Source of the DNA: Bacteroidales bacterium
GTDB lineage: Bacteria; Bacteroidota; Bacteroidia; Bacteroidales; VadinHA17
DNA: 64,000 bases
Assembly: GCA_046706305.1 (NCBI GenBank)
Contig: JBJKPQ010000039.1
Coordinates: 12,428-76,427, forward strand
Direction of reading: 5' to 3'
The notes beneath the pieces are model-generated. The model made no database searches. It saw nothing but the letters and a program-made list of their open reading frames with translations, and was not told the DNA's origin. The position numbers and the translations under genes were made by a program. Below are positions 8,417 through 17,300 of this stretch, in pieces; the stretch's first letter is position 1; every line of letters begins with the position of its first letter.

Positions 8417-10312
8417 TCAGTATCGTACTCCGATCAGAGTAACATCATCAACCTGGGGGTTGTCGCCTTTCCATTTTTCAAATATCTCATTCAGTTTTTC
8501 CCCCTGCTGAATCATAGACAATCCTTCAAGAGCAACAAGAGTCTCTTTAAGTTTTGTTGTCATGTATTTCTTTTCCTTCGGTCCACCAAACTGGTCGGCG
8601 TATCCGTCTGAAAAGATATAAAAAGCATCTCCTTTTTTCAGTTTAACTTCATGAAGAGTAAAAGGTCCCATTTTATAATGAATGGCAACAGGCATCTTAT
8701 CGGCCCTGTAATGAATCAACTGCCCTTCACGTACAAGGTAAAGAGGGCTGTTTGCCCCGGCATACCAGAGTGTGTCGTTATCAAAATCTACAAGACATAC
8801 TGCTATATCCATACCATCTTTAATACTTTCTTCATCGGCCGCCTGGTTAAGTGATTTTATTACACCCTCCCTCAGGCTCTCAAGGATACGGTCAGGCATT
8901 GATATATGTTTGCCTATCACAATTTCATTCAGAAGAGTAACACCAAGCATACTCATAAAAGCACCTGGAACACCGTGCCCCGTACAGTCGGCTGCAATTA
9001 TAATCTGGCTGTTACCTGCTGCTGATACCCAGTAAAAATCCCCGCTAACAATTGCCAGGGGTTTATACTGGACAAAATGCTCAAGCTTATCGCTGAACAA
9101 CTCAAGTGATGGAATAAGAGCGGTCTGTATCCTTTTGGCATACATAATACTATCAGTAATATGCTTCTTCTGGTAAGCTATCTGATCTCTCTGGGCAGCC
9201 GCTATATCCCTTTGTTTTTCTATTTCATCCTTTTGCCTGGAGATAGTCCTGTTCTTATCCTCAAGTCTGATATTAGCTTCTTTCTTTATCTTATACCCCC
9301 TGTAGACATAGTACCCGAGAATACTCACAAGGAAAAGGGCAAGAATAACAAAATAGAGAATCAGCTTTTGCTTTTCAAGCGTTGCCAGCTGTAGTTTTAT
9401 CCGGCTTTCCTGGTCGTTGATCTTTCCCAGCTGCTGATTGATCCTTGCCACCTGCTGACTTATCTTAACCTTCTGATTGGCAAGGGTGTCCTGCTGTATC
9501 CTGACTTCCTTCTGCTGCTGCGTTATTGTTTTCTTCTGAAAGGTAATCTCTCCCTGCTGTGTATTGATCCTCTTAAACTGGCTTTCAAGGACTTTTTGTT
9601 TTTCGAACAGAGTCTTCTCCCTGTTATCGATCTCTTTATCAAGGCTGTCGAGCAGAGCCCTCTGGTGCAAAATCTCGCTTTTCTGGGTCTGAATTGTCAA
9701 TAACTGTTGCCTGATAGTATCACGTTGAATTATTATCTCTTTACTGGCTTTCCCGAATAGTTTCTCCCAGTCCTCCCTTGTTTTTATGGCCTGGGTAAGC
9801 ATGTTTGAATTAACCTTCATGCCGGCCCTGTTAATCAGGTCCTCATTAACTGAATATTTTGGCATTTCTCCCTCCACGCCCATGAAATTGATCATTGATT
9901 CACGGAATTCGTATCCTTCAGTAAGCAGCAGTGTCTGGTGATTTGCAATAACGCTTTTAACCTTATCGAGGCTAAAACCACTTGCTTTATTAACATATAA
10001 TAGCTGTGTATAGGTTATCTGGCTCTCCGAATTGAATTTTACAAGAACAACCGGTTTCCCCTGTATTTCCGGTCTTGTTTTTCTCAGGTTCCCGAGCTCC
10101 AGAAACAAAAACTCATCCCTGTCAAGCACCCCTATCCTGAAAACTGCCGAATCGGCAAAACCCGGACCATAATCAATATACCTGGCTATATCGAAAATAA
10201 AGACTGCACGGGTAGCGTTATCAATATGCCCCTGACCATAAAGACATGCAGCAGGTTCAGTCAGTATCAGTGTTAATATTAAAACTCTGATAATGTGTAA
10301 CATTTTGAGCAT
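8417..10312 (-). CDS. Membrane-anchored PP2C/SpoIIE-family Ser/Thr phosphatase with periplasmic YfiR-like (DUF4154) domain and long coiled coil
   Basis: 631 aa: signal peptide, YfiR-like region (TRAVFIFDIARYIDY...FRIGVLD...IQGKPVVLVKF...LLYVNK...LLLTEG), a Q/K-rich coiled coil, and a TM helix (LILYFVILALFLVSILGYYVY). The PP2C motifs are SGDFYWV, ADCTGHGVPGAFMSMLG, SDGYADQFGG and DDVTLIGVRY. Confidence 0.85.
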   Translation of the reverse strand: MLKMLHIIRVLILTLILTEPAACLYGQGHIDNATRAVFIFDIARYIDYGPGFADSAVFRIGVLDRDEFLFLELGNLRKTRPEIQGKPVVLVKFNSESQITYTQLLYVNKASGFSLDKVKSVIANHQTLLLTEGYEFRESMINFMGVEGEMPKYSVNEDLINRAGMKVNSNMLTQAIKTREDWEKLFGKASKEIIIQRDTIRQQLLTIQTQKSEILHQRALLDSLDKEIDNREKTLFEKQKVLESQFKRINTQQGEITFQKKTITQQQKEVRIQQDTLANQKVKISQQVARINQQLGKINDQESRIKLQLATLEKQKLILYFVILALFLVSILGYYVYRGYKIKKEANIRLEDKNRTISRQKDEIEKQRDIAAAQRDQIAYQKKHITDSIMYAKRIQTALIPSLELFSDKLEHFVQYKPLAIVSGDFYWVSAAGNSQIIIAADCTGHGVPGAFMSMLGVTLLNEIVIGKHISMPDRILESLREGVIKSLNQAADEESIKDGMDIAVCLVDFDNDTLWYAGANSPLYLVREGQLIHYRADKMPVAIHYKMGPFTLHEVKLKKGDAFYIFSDGYADQFGGPKEKKYMTTKLKETLVALEGLSMIQQGEKLNEIFEKWKGDNPQVDDVTLIGVRY

Positions 10313-10481
10313 GAGTTCAAGATTTTATTTATACGAATTTGCGAAATTTTTATAAGCAAACCAAATGTGGTCCAACTACCCCGGAAACACCGTGTTGATA
10401 AAATGTTAATAACTGCACCAAATTGACAGTGCCTGATCTTTTACATGTAGTAATTTTATACTTGTCTAATCAATACCTTAA

Positions 10482-10907
10482 ATGGATCTGAATATCAGCA
10501 ACTTAGAGCTTGACGGAAGAATTATTGTTATAGTTGAGGATGATTTACCTTCGATCAGGTACTATGAAACAGTTCTTAAAAACTCCGGTGCGGAGTTGAA
10601 GATTTTTCGTACAGGAAAAGAATTCGTTGATTACATAAGCCGAAAAGACAGCAGGGCAGATCTGATATTCATGGATTTTCTTATTCCTCTTGTTAATGGC
10701 ATTGAATGTATCCGTCTTTTACGCAAAGAAAGGAAGAGTGTTCCGGTGATAATGATTACTGCCTTTTCCTCGGAACAGGTAAAAACAGAAGCTTATATAG
10801 CCGGGTGTAATGAATACATACTTAAGCCCATTTACCCTGAAAAGATATTTTTCCTTGTAGGTAAATATCTTAACACTTCCACTACTGTTTCAACCGAGCG
10901 TAATTAA
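10482..10907 (+). CDS. Stand-alone response-regulator receiver protein (CheY-like)
   Basis: 141 aa with a canonical receiver: IVIVEDD, phospho-acceptor in LIFMDFLIPLVNG, VIMITAF, YILKP. No output domain. Confidence 0.85.
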   Translation: MDLNISNLELDGRIIVIVEDDLPSIRYYETVLKNSGAELKIFRTGKEFVDYISRKDSRADLIFMDFLIPLVNGIECIRLLRKERKSVPVIMITAFSSEQVKTEAYIAGCNEYILKPIYPEKIFFLVGKYLNTSTTVSTERN

Positions 10908-10911
10908 CCTC

Positions 10912-12813
10912 CTATTTTTGTGAAGGATTGACAATCCTGACATACCTGGTGTAATAATCCTCCAGTTTGCTATTTATCTCTTCACCCAGTTCCGGTTTAC
11001 CATATTCCTGGCACGATTTTGCCACCTTGGAGGGATATTGTATTGCCGATTGTATCTCATACTCTGCCGATTGCACTATATATGGAGCCTGTTTAAGGAA
11101 ATAATCGAGGTGTCCGTAGTAGAAATTACAAAGATCCTTAGTCATTTCGACAGCCTTATCAGTATCTCCTGCAGCGAAATATGCATCAATAATATCGGGT
11201 ACATACGGATCGTATGATGTTTTATCGATGGGCAGTTCCTTCATAATATAATCAAGAACCTTAATGGCTTTATCCTTTTTACCTTCTGCAACAAGCGCCT
11301 TTGCGAGCCTGGCGTAATTAAGCCTTGCCCTGATAACTATTATAGTCCGCTTATGATTATAATCGAGGTTCACTCCTTTTGCGCTGGCATTACCCCAGGC
11401 AAACTTGTTCATAAGGTTGTTATAGAGTATATCCGTATTTATCCTGCCATAATCCAGCCAGTCCTTATTCTGTGATTTTATCGGTACAAGACGGTATGCA
11501 AGTCCTTCGAGCTGGAAATAGTCCTCAAGCCCGAGGGCATCATTATGATATCCCGATACAAAATATATAGGTCTTTTCCAGTCATTATGGGCCAGGATGT
11601 CAAGGACAATAAGCTGGCTTTTCAGGATTGAGTTCCCCTTAAGATGGATATCGATATAAGGGACAATTTTATCGGAATCCTGAGGCAGCACGGTACCAGA
11701 CTCTATCACTTTTTTCTTATCAACGGGTATTCGAATTGTTCGCGAGGGAATAATATCGAGCAGTTCTGAAGAAGATATCTGAACCTTTGTGGCTTTATTT
11801 CCGCTGTTAACCCAGTCTATAATTGTTGAAATATCTACAGGGTCTTTTGTTTTCTCTACGATGAACACCTGGTTATTAACACCGTCATAATATTTTTTTA
11901 CAGGCAGGGTTATCGGCAAGGGATCCGATTCGTTCACTTTCCGCTTCATCTGGTTAATGTACCAGTCTGTATTAAGCAGCATAAGGTTACAAACCCTCAC
12001 GTCTGTTCTTTCACCTTCAACCTCCTGGGCATACCACAGGGGAAAGGTATCATTATCACCATTGGTAAGCAGTATGGCATCCTTTGCACATGAGTTAAGA
12101 TAATCGAAGGCCACATCACGGGTAAGGTATCTCCCGGATCTGTCGTGATCGACCCAGTCTTCCGAACCCATCAGCACAGGAACTGCAACAAAGCAGAGTA
12201 CTCCAGCCAGTGGTGCCGCAATTTTTTCAGAGACAAGCTTCGACAGTGCGTCAAATATAGCCAGCACACCGAAACCCAGCCAAACCGAAAAGAAATAGAA
12301 AGAGCCCGCGTAGGCATAATCCCTTTCCCTGGGCTGGTTTGGATCCTGGTTAAGGTAAAACACAATGGCCAGTCCTGTCATTATGAACAAAAGTAAAATT
12401 ATGAACCAGTTTTTATTGTCGCGGTTGTAATGATAAAATAAGCCCACCAGCCCCAGCAGCAGCGGTAACAGGTAATATTTGTTCCTCGAAGGATCATTCT
12501 TCATATCGGGAGGCAGGTCTTTGGTTGTTCCCAGCCTGGGGGTATCAAGAAAACTAATTCCTGTTATCCAGTTGCCGTTAACAACCCCCCCGGTGCCCTG
12601 TGTATCATTTTGTTTTCCCGAGAAATTCCACATAAAATAACGGAAGTACATAAATCCGAACTGGTAGGAAAACATGAAACGCATGTTTTCCATGAACGTA
12701 GGTTTTCTAATTATTTTTTTCTGTCCCGATTCATCTGTCACCTGTATCGGCACACCTTTCACACGCCCCCACTGTTTGTATATTTCCGGATGATCATCTC
12801 GATCACTCCACAT
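10912..12813 (-). CDS. DUF2723/TMEM260-like (GT-C type) protein, C-terminal fragment downstream of an in-frame TAA
   Basis: 633 aa with TM helices followed by a TPR-like C-terminal region. The same reading frame continues upstream without a stop to the TAA at 12940-12942 (see finding). Confidence 0.8.
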   Translation of the reverse strand: MWSDRDDHPEIYKQWGRVKGVPIQVTDESGQKKIIRKPTFMENMRFMFSYQFGFMYFRYFMWNFSGKQNDTQGTGGVVNGNWITGISFLDTPRLGTTKDLPPDMKNDPSRNKYYLLPLLLGLVGLFYHYNRDNKNWFIILLLFIMTGLAIVFYLNQDPNQPRERDYAYAGSFYFFSVWLGFGVLAIFDALSKLVSEKIAAPLAGVLCFVAVPVLMGSEDWVDHDRSGRYLTRDVAFDYLNSCAKDAILLTNGDNDTFPLWYAQEVEGERTDVRVCNLMLLNTDWYINQMKRKVNESDPLPITLPVKKYYDGVNNQVFIVEKTKDPVDISTIIDWVNSGNKATKVQISSSELLDIIPSRTIRIPVDKKKVIESGTVLPQDSDKIVPYIDIHLKGNSILKSQLIVLDILAHNDWKRPIYFVSGYHNDALGLEDYFQLEGLAYRLVPIKSQNKDWLDYGRINTDILYNNLMNKFAWGNASAKGVNLDYNHKRTIIVIRARLNYARLAKALVAEGKKDKAIKVLDYIMKELPIDKTSYDPYVPDIIDAYFAAGDTDKAVEMTKDLCNFYYGHLDYFLKQAPYIVQSAEYEIQSAIQYPSKVAKSCQEYGKPELGEEINSKLEDYYTRYVRIVNPSQK

Positions 12814-12939
12814 CCTTGGGAAAAGTGTTACAAAACGGGGGTCGTAAACCCGTTCAAGATCATATCCGGTTACTATATATTTCCCCTTTTCAAGGGCATA
12901 CTTAGGTTTGCCGTTAACATAATCGGTAACCGGTGCATT

Positions 12940-14127
12940 TTAGTACGGACCTTTGAATAAGGGTCTCTGACCATATTGCTCACGGTTAAGAAAATAAAGA
13001 AGGCTGAACGGGTTCGAGGGATTATTCTCATTAAGAGGAGTATCGGCTGAAGCTCTTATAACTATTATGGCGTTTGATGAATATCCTATCAGGATAACCA
13101 TAATAACGGTAAGCATACCATTCAGGGCTGTCCTGTTTTTCTGTGCAAGGAACCAGGTTACCCCGCTTACGGCAAGAAGGATAAGTATGTTAAAAACTGC
13201 AGAGCCTGACACCACCCATATACCGGTGAGAAAAAGAGCTGCAATGGCAAGTATTCCGTTCTTTGAGCTGTTTGCGGACCTGAAAGAGGCTCTTACAGCA
13301 AAAATAAAAAGTACAGCAAGGATAATTATATGGGTAACCATTCCGCTGTTGGGAGGCATATGCAGTGTGTTCACAAAGAACATATCGAACTTTGAGGATA
13401 TTGTAACAACACCGGGCATAATACCCCACATTAACAGTGCCAGAAGCATCAAGGATGTTGCAAGCGAAACAAAGAATCCTTTCCATGAAAACTCAAACTT
13501 CCTGAAATAATAAACAAGCACTATCCCGGGGATTGTGAGAAGGTTAAGAAGATGAACACCTATCGACAGACCCATCAGGAAAGCAATTAGTATTATCCAT
13601 TTATCCGAATGCTTCTCATCGGCCACATTTTCCCATTTAAGGATAGCCCAGAAAACAATTGCTGTAAAAAACGCTGAGGTGGCATAAACCTCTCCTTCCA
13701 CAGCTGAAAACCAGAAGGAATCGGAAAATGTATATGCAACGGCACCAACTGCTCCGGCTGCCATTACTGCTATAATCCTTGCTGTTGTGTAATTACTTTC
13801 TTCTTTAAGAATAATTTTCCTGGCAAGATGTGTTATTGTCCAGAATAGAAACAAAATTGTAAACGCACTGGCGAGAGCCGACATCGAGTTAACCATCTCT
13901 GCCACCCTGGAAACATTACCCCCGGCAAAGAGCGTGAAGAAACGGGCCATTATCATAAACACAGGGTTTCCCGGAGGATGCCCTACTTCCAGCTTAAAGC
14001 CCGATGCAATGAACTCACCACAATCCCAGAGACTTGCTGTAGGCTCTATGGTCATCAGGTAGGTAACGGCAGCAATGGCAAAGACCACCCAGCCTGTTAT
14101 ATTGTTTATAAGCCTGTATTTCTTCAT
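12940..14127 (-). CDS. DUF2723/TMEM260-like (GT-C type) polytopic membrane protein, N-terminal fragment ending at an in-frame TAA
   Basis: 395 aa. The N-terminus WVVFAIAAVTYLMTIEPTASLWDCGEFIASGFKLEVGHPPGNPVFMIMARFF is the DUF2723 signature. About 10 TM helices. Ends ...RPLFKGPY-TAA, with the frame continuing into 10912..12813. Confidence 0.8.
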   Translation of the reverse strand: MKKYRLINNITGWVVFAIAAVTYLMTIEPTASLWDCGEFIASGFKLEVGHPPGNPVFMIMARFFTLFAGGNVSRVAEMVNSMSALASAFTILFLFWTITHLARKIILKEESNYTTARIIAVMAAGAVGAVAYTFSDSFWFSAVEGEVYATSAFFTAIVFWAILKWENVADEKHSDKWIILIAFLMGLSIGVHLLNLLTIPGIVLVYYFRKFEFSWKGFFVSLATSLMLLALLMWGIMPGVVTISSKFDMFFVNTLHMPPNSGMVTHIIILAVLFIFAVRASFRSANSSKNGILAIAALFLTGIWVVSGSAVFNILILLAVSGVTWFLAQKNRTALNGMLTVIMVILIGYSSNAIIVIRASADTPLNENNPSNPFSLLYFLNREQYGQRPLFKGPY

Positions 14128-14227
14128 CAGCTTAAATGTTTTATTGCGATATCATTTTATGGTCAAGGCACGAAATTACTTATTTTTTTAATATTATCGC
14201 CAAATACCTAATGCTCACTAAATTTAT

Positions 14228-14235
14228 TACTTTTG
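14228..14235 (+). promoter_or_regulatory. Candidate -7 box (TACTTTTG) placed for a leaderless transcript of 14240..17167
   Basis: TACTTTTG matches TAnnTTTG. Its final G is 5 nt before the A of the ATG at 14240. Confidence 0.3.
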
Positions 14236-14239
14236 AGCC

Positions 14240-17167
14240 ATGCTGTTTACTTTCAGAAATATCCGTATAATCCTGACTATAGTAATGTTCCTGTATGCAG
14301 GTGAATCATTTGCACAATATTACAATACAGGACAGGATCCTGCTTCCCTTAGATGGGAACAGATAAAAACAGAACATTTTACTGTGATATTTCCGGAAGA
14401 TTTCAGGAAACAGGGTATTAGGTTCGCAAAAGAGCTCGATAGTGCCTCAGCAAACCTTACAACTCTTTTCCCGGCCTTTAAATTCCACCTGCCTGTAGTG
14501 TTGCACAGCCAGACAACCCAGTCGAACGGGTATGTTGCATGGGCTCCTAAAAGGATGGAGATTTACCCCACTCCCGAGCAGAATACAATCCCCCTGGATC
14601 CTTACAAACAGCTGGCCACTCACGAAATGACCCATGTTTACCAGATGCTCTCCCTCAGGCAGGGATTTTCCGGTGTGATGTCATATGCACTCGGAGAACA
14701 ATTCACTGGGATCGTTTCCTCCCTTCTGCCCATGTGGCTTCTTGAAGGGGATGCCGTTTTTGCCGAATCATGGCTGACTCCCTCAGGAAGAGGACGAACA
14801 CCATCATTCAGGAAACAGCTTAAGGCCATAACTGTGGAGAAAGGCAAACCCTATAAATATGACAAGATACTTAATGATTCCTACAAGGACTTTATCCCGT
14901 CATATTACGAATCAGGCTTCCAGATGGTCACATGGGCCTATACCCGGAATGACCCTCAAATCTGGAACAGGGTAATGCGGTTCACATCGGATGAGCCGTT
15001 TACAATCAATCCTGTAAATATAAGTCTCATGAGAAACGGACGACTTACAAAAAAGAGGCTTTATAACTTAACACTCGATACTCTGGGGAAAATATGGTCT
15101 GGAGAGATAAAAAAGAATGGTAGTAAGGCATATAATCCTGTTAATCCGGACAAAAAGGGCAGCTATATCAACTATTATTCCCCTGTTTATGCAGGCAGAG
15201 ACAGTATCATAGCAATAAAAACCTCGCTAAAAGATCCCGCCTGCTTCGTTCTTATCAGCCCTTCCAAGGGATCAGAAAAAAAAATACATGTTCCCGGTTA
15301 TATGTACCCCTGGTTTATCACTTACGGGAGCGGCAAACTTGTATGGGTGGAAAACCAGCCCGATCCGAGATGGGATAACAGGAATTACTCTGTAATTAAG
15401 ATACTTGACTTGCGCAGCATGACAACAAGGCGACTGTCAGGCCGGACAAGATATATGGCTGCTGCTGTTTCTCCCCACGGAAAAACGATAGCCGCCATCG
15501 AAAACACTTCTGATGACAGTAATAAACTTGTATTTATAGATCCTGACGATGGTAGTATTACCGGGGCTTCCAATGTTCCTGGAAATGTTTACCTGCAGCA
15601 TCCCCAGTGGTCAGCCGACGGTAAACGAATAACTTTCATAGGACTAAGTGAAGGCGGAGAAAGCATTGTCTCCTACAATACTACAAACTCATCGTGGGAA
15701 ACACTTTTAAAACCGGGCAGGACCGATCTGCAGTCATCATTCCTGAAAAACGACACCCTCTTCTTCACGAGTTCTGAAACAGGTACTGATAATATAATAA
15801 TGAAAACGGCAGGCAGTAAGTATTTCCGGCTGACAAACACCAGGTTTGGTGCCTCCGATCTAAGCACGGGCGGGAAAAATATTCTTTTCAGTGATTACAC
15901 GGCAGAAGGGAATAATATATGTGTTGCATCAGTTTCCGGGCCGGTTCAGATAACATGGAACGATTCCTCATCCTCCTCTCCCCTGCTTGACAGGGTAAGC
16001 ATTAAAAGCAAACCGGAAAGAGAGGAACCGGCGGGTGATTATAAGACTTCACCCTACAGGAAATGGCAGCATCTGTTCAGGTTTCACAGCTGGATGCCCT
16101 TCTATGCCGATATTGAAAAGATAAAAACGGACCCGGCTTCTATTAGACCAGGTGTCACACTTATGTCCCAGAACACTCTTAGCACACTTGTTACAAGTAT
16201 TGGGTATGAATATTCAGCTACAAAAAGGAATGTGTTACACACAAGGGTAACATGGAGTGGATTGTATCCGGTCATTGAATCACAACTCGACTATGGTGAA
16301 TTCCCGCAGGTATATAAACTCGGAGAGTCTGTTAACGATCCTTCCCCTGTTAACCCTTTGATAAGGTTCTCGAATACTATCAAACTGCCATTACTTTTTT
16401 CATCGGGCAGGTTTACGCAGTTTCTCCAGGGATCTCTTACTTCGGACTATATAAACAGGTACATCTATCTTAAAGACAAAGGGACATACGATTACGGCCA
16501 GATAATATTAAACGGGAGATTGTATTTTTCGAATTACCAGGTATCTGCATACCGCGATATATATCCCCGGTGGGCTCAGACAATAGATGTCAACTATTCT
16601 TTGGCACCTCTTGACAGGCCAATTTACGGAAGTGCAGTATCATTTGCAGGCACATTCTATTTCCCCGGATTACTTAAAAATAACGGACTGAGAATCAGGT
16701 ACCAGGCAGAAAAGCAGAACCCGTCTAAATATCTGTACGGCAGCATGATCTCTTTTCCCAGGGGATATAAAAACATTGTATCAACAAAGATTAATTTCCT
16801 TTCATCCGACTATGTAATTCCCCTGGTTTATCCCGATCTGAGCTTATCGAGCCTCCTGTACATTAAACGTATCAGGGCAGGGCTGTTTTATGATTATGCC
16901 TCAGGTACAGATAACTATTATTTTAATGTACCTGTCAACAACCAGTTAACCACCGCTTTCCACAAGGGAAATGAAACATTTACGTCATACGGATTTGATC
17001 TTATTTCTGATTTTCATGTCTTCAGAATGCCTTTTATGATCTCAGCGGGCTTAGAAACCACATGGACCAAACCGGGTGAAAAACCAATATTTGAATTCCT
17101 TTTCAACATGGATCTTTTTGGAATGAATATAGGAAGAAGCAGAGGTTATCTAAAAAGTGGTTTTTAA
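14240..17167 (+). CDS. Secreted large protein: MA-clan (HExxH) peptidase-like domain + PD40/TolB-type beta-propeller repeats + beta-rich C-terminal region ending in Phe
   Basis: 975 aa with signal peptide ...LYAGESFA-Q. HEMTHVYQ followed by WLLEGDAVFAES (Peptidase_MA_2-like arrangement). PD40-like repeats (AAAVSPHGKTIAAIE, HPQWSADGKRITFIG). The last ~400 aa are rich in alternating aromatic strands and end ...GYLKSGF. Confidence 0.65.
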   Translation: MLFTFRNIRIILTIVMFLYAGESFAQYYNTGQDPASLRWEQIKTEHFTVIFPEDFRKQGIRFAKELDSASANLTTLFPAFKFHLPVVLHSQTTQSNGYVAWAPKRMEIYPTPEQNTIPLDPYKQLATHEMTHVYQMLSLRQGFSGVMSYALGEQFTGIVSSLLPMWLLEGDAVFAESWLTPSGRGRTPSFRKQLKAITVEKGKPYKYDKILNDSYKDFIPSYYESGFQMVTWAYTRNDPQIWNRVMRFTSDEPFTINPVNISLMRNGRLTKKRLYNLTLDTLGKIWSGEIKKNGSKAYNPVNPDKKGSYINYYSPVYAGRDSIIAIKTSLKDPACFVLISPSKGSEKKIHVPGYMYPWFITYGSGKLVWVENQPDPRWDNRNYSVIKILDLRSMTTRRLSGRTRYMAAAVSPHGKTIAAIENTSDDSNKLVFIDPDDGSITGASNVPGNVYLQHPQWSADGKRITFIGLSEGGESIVSYNTTNSSWETLLKPGRTDLQSSFLKNDTLFFTSSETGTDNIIMKTAGSKYFRLTNTRFGASDLSTGGKNILFSDYTAEGNNICVASVSGPVQITWNDSSSSSPLLDRVSIKSKPEREEPAGDYKTSPYRKWQHLFRFHSWMPFYADIEKIKTDPASIRPGVTLMSQNTLSTLVTSIGYEYSATKRNVLHTRVTWSGLYPVIESQLDYGEFPQVYKLGESVNDPSPVNPLIRFSNTIKLPLLFSSGRFTQFLQGSLTSDYINRYIYLKDKGTYDYGQIILNGRLYFSNYQVSAYRDIYPRWAQTIDVNYSLAPLDRPIYGSAVSFAGTFYFPGLLKNNGLRIRYQAEKQNPSKYLYGSMISFPRGYKNIVSTKINFLSSDYVIPLVYPDLSLSSLLYIKRIRAGLFYDYASGTDNYYFNVPVNNQLTTAFHKGNETFTSYGFDLISDFHVFRMPFMISAGLETTWTKPGEKPIFEFLFNMDLFGMNIGRSRGYLKSGF

Positions 17168-17232
17168 CCTCAAAACCGGCTGATCAGGTGCTAAATACGA
17201 CAAGTCAGTAATTTTCAAAACATTTTTTTGCA

Positions 17233-17252
17233 GTACTGATGGCCATCGGTAC
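17233..17252 (+). terminator. Terminator-like palindrome between convergent genes (weak)
   Basis: GTACTGAT-GGCC-ATCGGTAC forms an 8-bp stem (one G-U on the plus strand). It is flanked by T7 upstream and GCTGCTTTG downstream, with no clean U-tract. Confidence 0.3.
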
Positions 17253-17300
17253 GCTGCTTTGTAAGTTCCGGGGTTAACTAATTTACCTTTTAAACAAGCT

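Noticed and set aside
12940-12942. Possibility that the in-frame TAA signals stop-codon reassignment in this genome.
   Set aside because: TAA closes many well-delimited genes here, for example the GH16-like gene at 43954-43956, the ICMT-like gene at 35190-35192 and bactofilin. Protein ends match family expectations, so the standard code applies.
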